Source of the DNA: Prosthecobacter sp.
GTDB lineage: Bacteria; Verrucomicrobiota; Verrucomicrobiia; Verrucomicrobiales; Verrucomicrobiaceae
Length of the DNA: 64,000 nt
NCBI RefSeq assembly: GCF_044226605.1
Contig: NZ_JBGAGS010000001.1
Location: 91,214-155,213 of the forward strand
Reading direction: 5' to 3'
Shown: positions 18,675 through 27,402 of the stretch, piece by piece
Position numbering within the stretch: position 1 is the stretch's first letter
Layout: each line of letters starts with the position of its first letter
Translations under genes and position numbers: made by a program
The notes under the pieces: model-generated
Told to the model about the DNA's origin: nothing
The model's database searches: none
Seen by the model: the letters and a program-made list of their open reading frames with translations, nothing else

Positions 18675-18746
18675 GCGAGCCAGAGGGGAGAGTCAAGCCG
18701 TGCCTTACTCTTGACAATCCCGCCCGAACGGCGCTCTCATGCAGGC

Positions 18747-19982
18747 ATGGCCCTGCGTCTGGACACCGCCATCATTCGTGGCGAAATCGACAACACCACC
18801 CGTGGCAACGTGCGCGGCAAGCTCTGGCTGGTCGGCCGGGAAGACCCCGTCATCATCGATCTGAGGGGCGACGCCTGGCGCGACGTGGCTGGTTGCAAAG
18901 TGATTTTTACCAATCCCAATCCCGCGCGGCAGTCCGCCGCCGCCACCCTGCAGACAAAGCAGAAGGGGCATGTGGGCGACATCACGGCCTCCCGCAAAGT
19001 GAAGGTTCACACGGCGCCGGAGGAGCAGGAGACGGCCTCCGGTGACGAGGATGAAGACCTCGTCGGACCAGCGTCCGCCTGGCACAATTCTCTGTACATC
19101 GAATGGTTTTCCGCAGAGAACGGCCGCGTTTTTATCGAGACCACGGACTTTAACGTCAGCATCTCTGCATGGGTGTGGGAAATGGACGAGGCGCAGGAGG
19201 ATGCGCAAAAGATGAGCAATCTCCACGCCATGCGCGAGTGGCTGGCGGGCATCATTCAACGCCCCGAGCCGAAAGATGACGACGGGGAATTTGATGACAG
19301 CGAGGAATCCTGGGAAGATTCTCTCAAGCAGTCCGACCGTCTCACCGACGCGAACATGGAAGCCATCGACAAATACGGCATCGAGGGCATGCATGATGAC
19401 CGCATCGCCTTCGTCATGGGCTGGGACCACATGCTTGGCGGCAGCCGGGATCGCGAATCCGAGGCGGACGATGATGAAGACGGGGACGATGCGGGCGAAG
19501 CCTGGAAAGAAGATCTTGAAGGGATGCCTGAAACCGCCGCCCTCCAGGACGAACTCGCTGGCGAGGATTTCGAAGAGTTGCTGGAAAAGGAGGACCAGGA
19601 AGCCCACCCGCTGCAAACCATGGCCCGTGACTTTGTGATACGTCTGCTGACGGAGCTCCCGGAGGAACGCACTGAAAATGCCGCCACGAGCGATGGAAAC
19701 ACGGCGCTGGACCGATTCATTCGCAATTCCATGAACATCAGCGGGAAGCTGGCCGGAGCGCTCGGGATGGAGGATTTCGACGGATCATTCCACACCGGCC
19801 ATACGCTGGCCATATTGCGCCGCTGCCTCAACTGGGCCAATGAGGCTTTCGCGGCCCTGAACGAGCTGATGGAGGATGCGGCATGGAGCGACAAGCAGGA
19901 TTTGCTCAACGAATTCCGCGGCGAACTCTTTGCCATCCGCGACGGCATCAATGATTTGCGCAAGCAACTGCGCGGAGACTAG
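18747..19982 (+). CDS. hypothetical acidic protein, paralog of 27403..28422
   Basis: I chose the internal ATG at 18747 because the track ORF start overlaps scpB. It is 411 aa with a D/E-rich centre, and it is collinear with the 339-aa ORF at 27403..28422. Confidence 0.6.
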   Translation: MALRLDTAIIRGEIDNTTRGNVRGKLWLVGREDPVIIDLRGDAWRDVAGCKVIFTNPNPARQSAAATLQTKQKGHVGDITASRKVKVHTAPEEQETASGDEDEDLVGPASAWHNSLYIEWFSAENGRVFIETTDFNVSISAWVWEMDEAQEDAQKMSNLHAMREWLAGIIQRPEPKDDDGEFDDSEESWEDSLKQSDRLTDANMEAIDKYGIEGMHDDRIAFVMGWDHMLGGSRDRESEADDDEDGDDAGEAWKEDLEGMPETAALQDELAGEDFEELLEKEDQEAHPLQTMARDFVIRLLTELPEERTENAATSDGNTALDRFIRNSMNISGKLAGALGMEDFDGSFHTGHTLAILRRCLNWANEAFAALNELMEDAAWSDKQDLLNEFRGELFAIRDGINDLRKQLRGD

Positions 19983-20395
19983 GCCTGCCGCAGGGACTTC
20001 CAAGGCTCTTCTTCGCTGTGATCCACGAGACCGGGCTCGTCAGCCTTGGCCGGAGAGAGAATGGCGAGGAAGACGAGCATTTCGTCCCCCACGTTCCAGG
20101 TGCCATGGATTTCTCCCATGGGAATGAAGGCGGTGTCACCAGGGCCCAGGATTTTTTTCTGCTGGCCAACCCACTGCTCGGCTTTGCCGGCGATGACATA
20201 GATCAACTCCTCGCGGGTGGGGTGGGAATGAAAAGGATGGCTGCGCCCTGGCTCCATGTTGGCCCGCACCATCATGAGGTGCTCATTGTTCACGATATCC
20301 CCGCGGCAGATCCATTCCTCCAGCGTCCATGGGGAAAGAAAGTCGATTTTTTCGGCTGAGGTGACGAAACGGCGGCTGGCGATGGCGTCGGACAT
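19979..20395 (-). CDS. cupin-domain protein
   Basis: HPFHSHPTREELIYVIAGKA...GDTAFIPMGEIHGTWN is a two-motif cupin signature. I chose the internal ATG at 20395. It shares a CTAG overlapping stop with the upstream gene. Confidence 0.75.
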   Translation of the reverse strand: MSDAIASRRFVTSAEKIDFLSPWTLEEWICRGDIVNNEHLMMVRANMEPGRSHPFHSHPTREELIYVIAGKAEQWVGQQKKILGPGDTAFIPMGEIHGTWNVGDEMLVFLAILSPAKADEPGLVDHSEEEPWKSLRQA

Positions 20396-20532
20396 GGTGG
20401 CGTGACCGTAGCGTGGTCCGCGCCAGCCATCAAGCCGGGTGATACACGTCGGACTATCCGAACACCACACCAATGGTCCTTCTCCCTCCGTACCTCCGTG
20501 ATCACGAAACAGGGAGGAGGAGAAAGAATTAT

Positions 20533-20793
20533 TCAGTACGTGAACAGGTCCTTCACTCCCCACGGGCGCTCCAATTCCACGCCTTTTTGCTTTAAGAGCA
20601 GATTCAGGGCATCTGCCATGCGCTGTTTCATGTGCTTGGTCAGGCGGCGGCCTTTGCGGGCGCGCTGGACGGCCTTGTGGGTCATGGGCTCCGTGCTGGC
20701 AGTCACGAGGTCGTGATTTCCCAGTTCATGCTCGGTCATGATCCCGTCCAGAGGCTGCACACCCAAGTTGCGCTCGATTTCGTCTTGTCCCAT
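20533..20793 (-). CDS. small hypothetical protein
   Basis: This 86-aa ORF starts at an internal ATG that avoids overlap with the divergent dehydrogenase. Its composition is plausible, but I recognise no motif. Confidence 0.3.
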   Translation of the reverse strand: MGQDEIERNLGVQPLDGIMTEHELGNHDLVTASTEPMTHKAVQRARKGRRLTKHMKQRMADALNLLLKQKGVELERPWGVKDLFTY

Positions 20794-20842
20794 GTTCACT
20801 CTCTGCTTCCGCAAACCGACCTCTGCAATCTGAATTCCAGCC

Positions 20843-21805
20843 ATGCGCATCCTTCTCACCACCACCAGCTATCAGGACACCCCCGGCGAACACCACGCAC
20901 TGCTCGCCGCACAAGGCTATGAGGTGCACCGCGAACGTGGCCCCCTGCCTGAAAGCCGCATGCTGGAACTGGCTGGCGACTTTGATGCCTTCCTCTGCGG
21001 CGACGACGAGATCACCCGCGCTGTTTTGGACAAAGCCCTGCCCCGCCTTCGCGTCATCTCCAAATACGGCATCGGCCTGGACAAGATCGATGTGGCGGCC
21101 TGCACCGAGAAAAAACTGCCTGTGCTTTTCACTCCGGGCGTGAACCACACCACCGTGGCAGAGCACACGTTCTGCCTGCTGCTGGCCCTGGTGCGCAATC
21201 TCGTCGATTCCGCCAACGCCGTGCGCAACGGGCAGTGGAAGCGCGTCACCGGCCATGAAATCTGGAACAAGACCATCGGTATCGTGGGCCTGGGCCGCAT
21301 CGGCCAGGAAGTCGCCAAGCGCGCCACCGCCTTTGGCATGAACATCCATGCGATGGACCTGCCCCAGTACTGGCCCAAAGCCTTTGCGGACGTTCACGGC
21401 ATCACCCAGCACGAGCAGATCGAAACGATGCTGCCGCACATCGACGTCCTCAGCCTTCATGCGAACCTCAGCGAAAGCACGCGCAACCTCGTCAACGATG
21501 AACGTCTGAAACTGGCGAAGCCAGAGCTGCTCGTGGTGAACACCTCCCGTGCGGAACTCGTTCACATGCCTGACATGATTGCCGCGCTGGATGAAGGCAA
21601 AGTGGGCGGATACGCCACTGACGTGCTCGATGTGGAGCCGCCTCCTGCCGACCACCCGCTGCTCAAGCACCCCAAGGCGCTGATCACCCCGCACATCGGC
21701 TCACGCACCTATGAAAGCGTGCCGCGTCAGGCGATGCGTGCCACGCTGAATCTGGTAAACTTTCTCAAGGGAGAGAAGGACGTGATTCAGGCGAACAAGT
21801 GGTGA
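20843..21805 (+). CDS. D-isomer-specific 2-hydroxyacid dehydrogenase (phosphoglycerate dehydrogenase-like)
   Basis: It has a GIVGLGRIGQEVAKR NAD fold, a catalytic-domain layout and PHIGSRT. Confidence 0.9.
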   Translation: MRILLTTTSYQDTPGEHHALLAAQGYEVHRERGPLPESRMLELAGDFDAFLCGDDEITRAVLDKALPRLRVISKYGIGLDKIDVAACTEKKLPVLFTPGVNHTTVAEHTFCLLLALVRNLVDSANAVRNGQWKRVTGHEIWNKTIGIVGLGRIGQEVAKRATAFGMNIHAMDLPQYWPKAFADVHGITQHEQIETMLPHIDVLSLHANLSESTRNLVNDERLKLAKPELLVVNTSRAELVHMPDMIAALDEGKVGGYATDVLDVEPPPADHPLLKHPKALITPHIGSRTYESVPRQAMRATLNLVNFLKGEKDVIQANKW

Positions 21806-21889
21806 AGGCAAACCGCGATCCTTTCTTACATCCAAACTGCCAGCCGGCTTTGAGGCTTCCGCCATCTGGAGCTTTCATGAGTGAATCAG

Positions 21890-22585
21890 CTACAACATCC
21901 CGTGCTCCTTAAAGCTGAAATACGGCTGCGCCCGTGAGGCTGAGGGTGCACCCACGATGAGGTGATCCAGGAGCTGGATGCCCACGGCCGCTGAGGTATC
22001 CCGCAGGCGCCGGGTCAGGCTCCGGTCGGGCTCGCTTGGGCTGGGGTCTCCCGAGGGGTGGTTGTGAACAAGGATATAGCCGTAGGCGTTGTGAATGATC
22101 ACCTTGCGAAGCAGATCGCGCGGCTCGGCGATGCATTGATTCAAACTGCCTTTGAAAACCTCCTCGCTGCGCACCACCGCCAGCTTGGTGTTGACGAGGA
22201 TGATGCGGACGGATTCGTGCCCCAAGGCCTGCATCTCCGGGCCGATGTAGTCGTAGATGAGCTGCGGCCGGTCGAGGATGATCTCCGCATGGGAAGGTTC
22301 CTGCGCCGAGCGGCGTCCAAGTTCAAAAGCAGCGGCGAGCAAGGCCGTTTTGGCTGGGCCGAGGGCCTTGATCTTCCTCAGTACAGCCGGCTCCAGGCGG
22401 GAAAGGTCACGCAGTGATTTGTAGTCGCGCAGGATGCGCTGGCCGATCTGCAGGGCGTTTTCTCCTTTGGTGCCTGTATTGATGAATAGGGCGAGCAGTT
22501 CGGCATCCGAGAGCGCCTGCGGCCCCAGGCGCAGCAGGCGCTCGCGCGGGCGGTCGTTTTCCGGGATGTCATGGATGCGGCTCAT
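21890..22585 (-). CDS. radC: RadC-family JAB-domain protein
   Basis: ENDRPRERLLRLGPQALSDAELLALFINTG is present, with the JAMM motif region HNHPSGDPSPSEPD. Confidence 0.9.
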   Translation of the reverse strand: MSRIHDIPENDRPRERLLRLGPQALSDAELLALFINTGTKGENALQIGQRILRDYKSLRDLSRLEPAVLRKIKALGPAKTALLAAAFELGRRSAQEPSHAEIILDRPQLIYDYIGPEMQALGHESVRIILVNTKLAVVRSEEVFKGSLNQCIAEPRDLLRKVIIHNAYGYILVHNHPSGDPSPSEPDRSLTRRLRDTSAAVGIQLLDHLIVGAPSASRAQPYFSFKEHGML

Positions 22586-22633
22586 GAGTCGATGCGCTGT
22601 TCTCAGTCCACCGTTTGCCGCAATTCAAAAGAC

Positions 22634-23644
22634 TCAATGGATGGCCCGGCACTGATCCAGCAGGCTGTGCAGGTAGCCGACAATGTCTTCAAGCGCCTGC
22701 CGATGCGGAGACGCGCCGAGACACATCAAATCGGCACGGGCTTCAAGGAGCATGTTTTGAGCGAATTTCACCGCGCGCTCCACCGCCCCCTCGTAGTCGG
22801 CAATGCCGGCGAGAATGGTGGTGTCCATCGGCTCTCCTTTGAGCAGCATGCGGTTAAGCTTCTGCTTCTGAGCGTCCGTGGCGCCTTCGAGAAGGTAAAG
22901 GATGGGCAGCGTGAGCTTGCCGCGAGCCAGATCAGTGCGGAGGGTTTTACCGACCGTTTTTTCGTCTCCGACGATGTCGAGGCAGTCGTCGTAGATCTGA
23001 TAGGCGGTGCCGAGTTTCAGACCGTAGTCACGCAGGGAAGCCTGCACGGCATCGGACTGCTGATTGAGACGTGCCCCGAGCTCGCTGGCAGCAGCGAAGA
23101 GCGCGGCGGTCTTCATCTCGATCATCTTGAGATAATCGGTAACAGAGAGGTTGAAATCAAAACGACGTTGAGTCTGAAGGATCTCGCCGGTGCAGACATC
23201 TCGCGAGGCTCTGGCGATGGTGCGGCAGACATGAGTGTCGTCAAACTCGGTGGCGAGTTCGAGCGCATACGCAAAGAGGCTGTCTCCCAGAAGGACGCTG
23301 AGACTGCTGCCCCATTTCGCCACCGCCGTCGGCTGGGCACGGCGGATGTCCGCGCCGTCCATGATGTCATCATGCACCAGAGAGGCGATGTGGACGAGTT
23401 CGAGGATGACGGAGAGGCGCGTGTGCCCCTCATGCGTGCCGCCAGTGGCACCGCCGGCAAGGACAGCGAGGGCGGGGCGTATGCGCTTGCCCGAGGTCTT
23501 GCAAACATAACTCACATAGCCTTCGACACCGGGATCAAAGGCACGTGCCTGTTCAAGGATGGCAGACTCAACGCGCTCCAAATCCGCCCGCACAAGATGA
23601 AACGGGAAAACAGGGTTGCTGGCGTTGATGACTGGGGCTGGCAT
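22634..23644 (-). CDS. long-chain polyprenyl diphosphate synthase
   Basis: The first Asp-rich motif is LVHDDIMDG and the second is YQIYDDCLD. It is IspB-like. Confidence 0.9.
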   Translation of the reverse strand: MPAPVINASNPVFPFHLVRADLERVESAILEQARAFDPGVEGYVSYVCKTSGKRIRPALAVLAGGATGGTHEGHTRLSVILELVHIASLVHDDIMDGADIRRAQPTAVAKWGSSLSVLLGDSLFAYALELATEFDDTHVCRTIARASRDVCTGEILQTQRRFDFNLSVTDYLKMIEMKTAALFAAASELGARLNQQSDAVQASLRDYGLKLGTAYQIYDDCLDIVGDEKTVGKTLRTDLARGKLTLPILYLLEGATDAQKQKLNRMLLKGEPMDTTILAGIADYEGAVERAVKFAQNMLLEARADLMCLGASPHRQALEDIVGYLHSLLDQCRAIH

Positions 23645-23745
23645 GGGGACTGCCTATTCCATCCACCACGGCAGGGGCTTCGTCAAATGCCGCGCAGAAG
23701 CCTCGCAAAGGTGAATTTTCAAAAGAAATGAAAGCTGCGTCTGGC

Positions 23746-24369
23746 TCACTTCCCTCGAGCAGTCAAAAGCCCTCGTATGATGGCATCTGCCAGCTTCTGG
23801 CGGTGGCCGGGATCAGCGCAGCGCCGGGCCTCGCGCTTGTTGCTAAGATAACCGCATTCGACCAGCACGGCAGGCATCTCTGTCTCACGCAGCACCTTGT
23901 AGTCTGCATAAAAAGCTCCCCGGACACTGCCCGAAACGCCGCTTTGGAGCGAACGGCTGATGGAGGTGGCGATTCCTCTGCCTCGCGGGCTGCGGAAATA
24001 CACCTCACTGCCGGCGATGCTCGTCTTCCGCGAACCGTTGAAATGAATGCTGACAAAAATGGATGAGGACGAGCGGTTGGCGATGCGCGCCCGCTGCCCA
24101 AGCTCCACAAAGGTGTCCGTGCGGCGGGTCATGACGGTTTTGAGGCCCCTCGCTTTCAGCCCCGTTTCCACGCGCATGGCAACGTCCAGGCAAAGGTTTT
24201 TTTCAACCAGCCCATTCCATGCAGAACCGCCATCCCTTCCGCCATGCCCCGCATCAATGACCACGGTGGAAAAACGCAGAGGCTCGGAGGCGACTGCCTG
24301 CACTCCCGCAGCACCGCCCAAGATCAACGCCAGGCATGCTGCCGCGATGCAAGGGAGTCCATGACGCAC
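23746..24369 (-). CDS. N-acetylmuramoyl-L-alanine amidase (Amidase_3, AmiC-like)
   Basis: It has a signal peptide and the motifs VVIDAGHGGRDGGS, FVSIHFN and VLVECGYLSN. Confidence 0.85.
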   Translation of the reverse strand: MRHGLPCIAAACLALILGGAAGVQAVASEPLRFSTVVIDAGHGGRDGGSAWNGLVEKNLCLDVAMRVETGLKARGLKTVMTRRTDTFVELGQRARIANRSSSSIFVSIHFNGSRKTSIAGSEVYFRSPRGRGIATSISRSLQSGVSGSVRGAFYADYKVLRETEMPAVLVECGYLSNKREARRCADPGHRQKLADAIIRGLLTARGK

Positions 24370-24375
24370 AAGTTC

Positions 24376-24876
24376 TCAGGGAATCTTGAGGGTTTTGCCC
24401 GCCCGAATGAAATCGGAAGAAAGGCCGTTGGCCGCTTTGAGCTTAGCCACCGTGGTGCCGTTTTTTCTGGCGATGGCCCCCAGGCTGTCCCCGCTCTTGA
24501 TGGTGTAGGAGCCACCTTTGCGGGATGAGCTTTTGCCCGCAGTAGCCTTGCTCTTGCTCCCAGACTTTGACGAAGTCTTCTTTTTCGAAGAACTGCGCGA
24601 GGAGGATCCGCCATGAGACGAACGCCACGATGAGTAGTCCATGCCAGCCCCCTGCCCGCCTTGGGCCGCCCAGTCGGTTTTATAGTCGCCGTTATCCGCG
24701 AAAGGATAGTCCGCATGTCCCATGCTGTGCGCAGGAGTGTCCGCGGAGCCATGCAGATTGATGACCGGAAGGTCCTTTGGCAGTCCCTTGATATGGGAGG
24801 AACTTTCACACGCCGCCAGCAGCAGCAGCGGGACAACCAGGCAGGCTCTGAAAAGATGGGGCGTGAGATGATTCAT
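24376..24876 (-). CDS. LysM-domain lipoprotein
   Basis: It has the lipobox LLAAC, an S/K-rich linker and a C-terminal LysM domain (YTIKSGDSLGAIARKNGTTVAKLKAANGL). Confidence 0.8.
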   Translation of the reverse strand: MNHLTPHLFRACLVVPLLLLAACESSSHIKGLPKDLPVINLHGSADTPAHSMGHADYPFADNGDYKTDWAAQGGQGAGMDYSSWRSSHGGSSSRSSSKKKTSSKSGSKSKATAGKSSSRKGGSYTIKSGDSLGAIARKNGTTVAKLKAANGLSSDFIRAGKTLKIP

Positions 24877-24915
24877 GCGTGATGATGCGCCATTTACGCC
24901 GCTTTTTTTGATGAA

Positions 24916-25323
24916 TCAATTGGCAGGACGGAAACGGCTGATGCGCTGCTTGACCCGCGGCACGCCGTTTTTGTCCTTCGCCAGAACAATGGTGCGCTCG
25001 TGGTAGTAGCTCGCGCCGCTGCCTGGCAGGCTGTAGCGCCAGTTGGCCACATCAGCGCCGGGGTCGTTGCCTTCCATCGGATTTCGGATGGTGTTGAAGA
25101 CGGCCCTGCCATCCATGCCCACCTGCACCATTTTGAATTTATGCTCTGAAAACCCCTGGGAGAGGCGCGTGCTGGTAGAACCGATATGGAACATCGCATT
25201 GATGGAATCCGACACGCTGTAACCATAGCTGACCGTGAAAAACAAAACGATGAGCGCCGGAATGACGAGGATGACAGCCGGGGTGAAGAAGTACCAGTTC
25301 TTTTTAATGAAAGCAGAATTCAT
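24916..25323 (-). CDS. hypothetical single-TM protein
   Basis: The internal ATG at 25323 gives the N-terminal TM helix FFTPAVILVIPALIVLFF. I recognise no domain. Confidence 0.45.
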   Translation of the reverse strand: MNSAFIKKNWYFFTPAVILVIPALIVLFFTVSYGYSVSDSINAMFHIGSTSTRLSQGFSEHKFKMVQVGMDGRAVFNTIRNPMEGNDPGADVANWRYSLPGSGASYYHERTIVLAKDKNGVPRVKQRISRFRPAN

Positions 25324-25457
25324 GAAGAGACATGCTGGTGGAAACGGTGGCGGCAGGCAAGGTAAAACACGTGGCAAATTGAACTGCAGCCACAGGCGAA
25401 CAGGCGGCCGATTTTCCTCAACCGCCGTTTATGCCAGCACCGCGGCCAGTAGACCCG

Positions 25458-25880
25458 TCAGAGGCGCTGGCCGCCGCCGGTCGAGACCTCTTCGCTTGTG
25501 TACACCAGCTGGCCATCGCGTACCTGGAGGTACTTCGCAGCCCCCTTCATGTCTTCTTCGCTGAGACCCGGCACCACAAAAACGCGGCCTCTCATCGCAC
25601 CACGAACGGAAACACCGCCGCGAACGATCGCACGCACAGTATCCATCACGCTGTCTCCTTGAACGAAGTCCAGCTGGGCAGCCTGAGCCATCATGCAGGT
25701 GGAGCAAAGCTCCTGGGCATTTCGACGATCACGAGCGGCGTATACGGCATCGTTCTGGCTGATCATCGGCACGGCGATGCCGACCATCACTCCGACGATT
25801 GCCACAAACATCAGTACCTCAAAGAAACTGAACGCTGAGCGAGCCCGGCGATGCAATGAAGAATGGGTGAGAGTTTTCAT
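25458..25880 (-). CDS. prepilin-like (type II secretion/type IV pilin-like) protein
   Basis: From the internal ATG at 25880 the N-terminus reads RSA/FSFFEVLMFVAIVGVMVGIAVP. Glu is at +5 and the hydrophobic helix is pilin-like. Confidence 0.6.
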   Translation of the reverse strand: MKTLTHSSLHRRARSAFSFFEVLMFVAIVGVMVGIAVPMISQNDAVYAARDRRNAQELCSTCMMAQAAQLDFVQGDSVMDTVRAIVRGGVSVRGAMRGRVFVVPGLSEEDMKGAAKYLQVRDGQLVYTSEEVSTGGGQRL

Positions 25881-26035
25881 GGCGCGTTGTGTCTGTGATA
25901 GTATTTTATGATAATTATTGCAACCGTGCAACCCTAAATTGTCAAATTTCGGTAAAACAATCGATGCAGCGTCGCAAAAATGAGAGAGTCACTCTACTTC
26001 CGGTGAAATTTATGATTTTTAATCCGGGTGACGAG

Positions 26036-26773
26036 CTAGGATAAAACTCGGAACCACGCCAGAAACTCGCGATTTCCGTCGGTTCCTTGAAGAGTAGACT
26101 CGATCAAGCCCATCCATTCCAAGTGTGCTTGGGATCGCACAAACGCTTCGATGCGCGAACAGGCTTTGGCATGCAATTCCGGCTCTCTGACAATGCCGCC
26201 TTTCCCCACCTCCTCGCGAGACAGTTCGAACTGGGGCTTGATCAAAACGACCGCCTGCCCGCCCGGCCTTAACACCTGCAGCACAGCAGGCAGGACGAGT
26301 GTCAGAGAAATGAAGGAGAGATCGGCAACGAGAAAGTCAACTTCCTGGCCAACATCCTCAGGCTGCATGTGGCGGAGATTGAACTGCTCACGAGAGACGA
26401 CGCGGGGATCGCTGCGAAGTTTCCAAGCGAGCTGATTCGTCCCCACATCAAAGGCGAACACTTTGGCCGCACCGCGTTGCAGCAGGCAGTCAGTGAAGCC
26501 CCCCGTGGACGCTCCGACATCGAGAGCGGTCATGCCGGTGACATCGATTTCGAAGTGTTTGAGGGCGCCCTCGAGCTTCAAACCGCCACGGCTGACGAAT
26601 CTGGGACGCTCCCGGACAACGATAGGCTGCCCTTCGCCCACGAGCCAGCCAGGCTGCGTGATGCGTTTACCCATCACGCTGACCTCACCGGCCATGATGA
26701 GGCGCTTGGCCTGCTCGCGTGAGGGTACAATGCCGAGCTTCAGCAAGGCGAGATCGAGGCGTTCACGCGGCAT
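26036..26773 (-). CDS. tlyA: TlyA-family rRNA 2'-O-methyltransferase
   Basis: It has an S4 domain (RLDLALLKLGIVPSREQAKRLIMAGEV) and the SAM motif LDVGASTGGFTD. Confidence 0.9.
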   Translation of the reverse strand: MPRERLDLALLKLGIVPSREQAKRLIMAGEVSVMGKRITQPGWLVGEGQPIVVRERPRFVSRGGLKLEGALKHFEIDVTGMTALDVGASTGGFTDCLLQRGAAKVFAFDVGTNQLAWKLRSDPRVVSREQFNLRHMQPEDVGQEVDFLVADLSFISLTLVLPAVLQVLRPGGQAVVLIKPQFELSREEVGKGGIVREPELHAKACSRIEAFVRSQAHLEWMGLIESTLQGTDGNREFLAWFRVLS

Positions 26774-26785
26774 CTTGAAGAACAG

Positions 26786-27355
26786 CTATTTCCGAACGGC
26801 GTGGATCAATTCGTCTCCGGGCTCAATCCGGACGCCAGGAAGCACCGCCGAGGTGTCGATATCCACGACAGACTCAGCGGCATCGATGGTATCCCCGACG
26901 ATCACACGGCCGACAAGCCCGCTGCCACGCCGCACGTCGAATTTGGTGCCACTAGTAAGCTGCTTGTTTTTGCCCGCATCGATGACGGCAAACCCTTCAT
27001 CGTTGTGGACTTCAATCACTTTGGCGAACACGGGCATGCCCATGACCTGCTTTTGCAAATCGGTCAAGGGAGCGGCGGCAGGAGGTGGAGAAGGATATGT
27101 AGCGGGTGTACCCGGCATGAGAGAACTGCCGGCCAGAGGTGGCACCGCGCTGGGAGGCGCTTCGGGCGGAGGAGGCAGTGCAGCCACCGTACTCGGCTTG
27201 AGCGGCATGGCCGCCTCATGAGCAGCCTGCTGCCGGCGAACCAGTTCGAGTTCCTTGCGCGCTCCTTTGGCCTCCTCCCCAGCTTCCCATGCCAGATAGC
27301 CGGTGATGGCGAGCAGAATAACGGTCAGAGCCAGGGCATAGTGAGAAAGACGCAT
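26786..27355 (-). CDS. hypothetical membrane-anchored protein with a Pro-rich linker
   Basis: It has an N-terminal TM helix, a short coiled segment, a PPPPEAPPSAVPP linker and a C-terminal beta-rich domain of about 80 aa. Confidence 0.55.
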   Translation of the reverse strand: MRLSHYALALTVILLAITGYLAWEAGEEAKGARKELELVRRQQAAHEAAMPLKPSTVAALPPPPEAPPSAVPPLAGSSLMPGTPATYPSPPPAAAPLTDLQKQVMGMPVFAKVIEVHNDEGFAVIDAGKNKQLTSGTKFDVRRGSGLVGRVIVGDTIDAAESVVDIDTSAVLPGVRIEPGDELIHAVRK

Positions 27356-27402
27356 GGTGCCATGCTAGACGAAAGCCTGCTGCTGATCAACCCTTCTCCC
27401 AC

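Noticed and set aside
19979-19982. A 4-bp overlap of convergent genes that share a palindromic CTAG, which gives a TAG stop on both strands.
   Set aside because: Overlaps like this are common by chance in compact genomes, and there is no evidence of regulatory significance.
21890-22585. RadC/JAB gene considered as a marker of a mobile or anti-restriction island.
   Set aside because: No integrase, transposase, repeats or compositional break is nearby. It sits in a co-directional housekeeping string next to the polyprenyl synthase gene.
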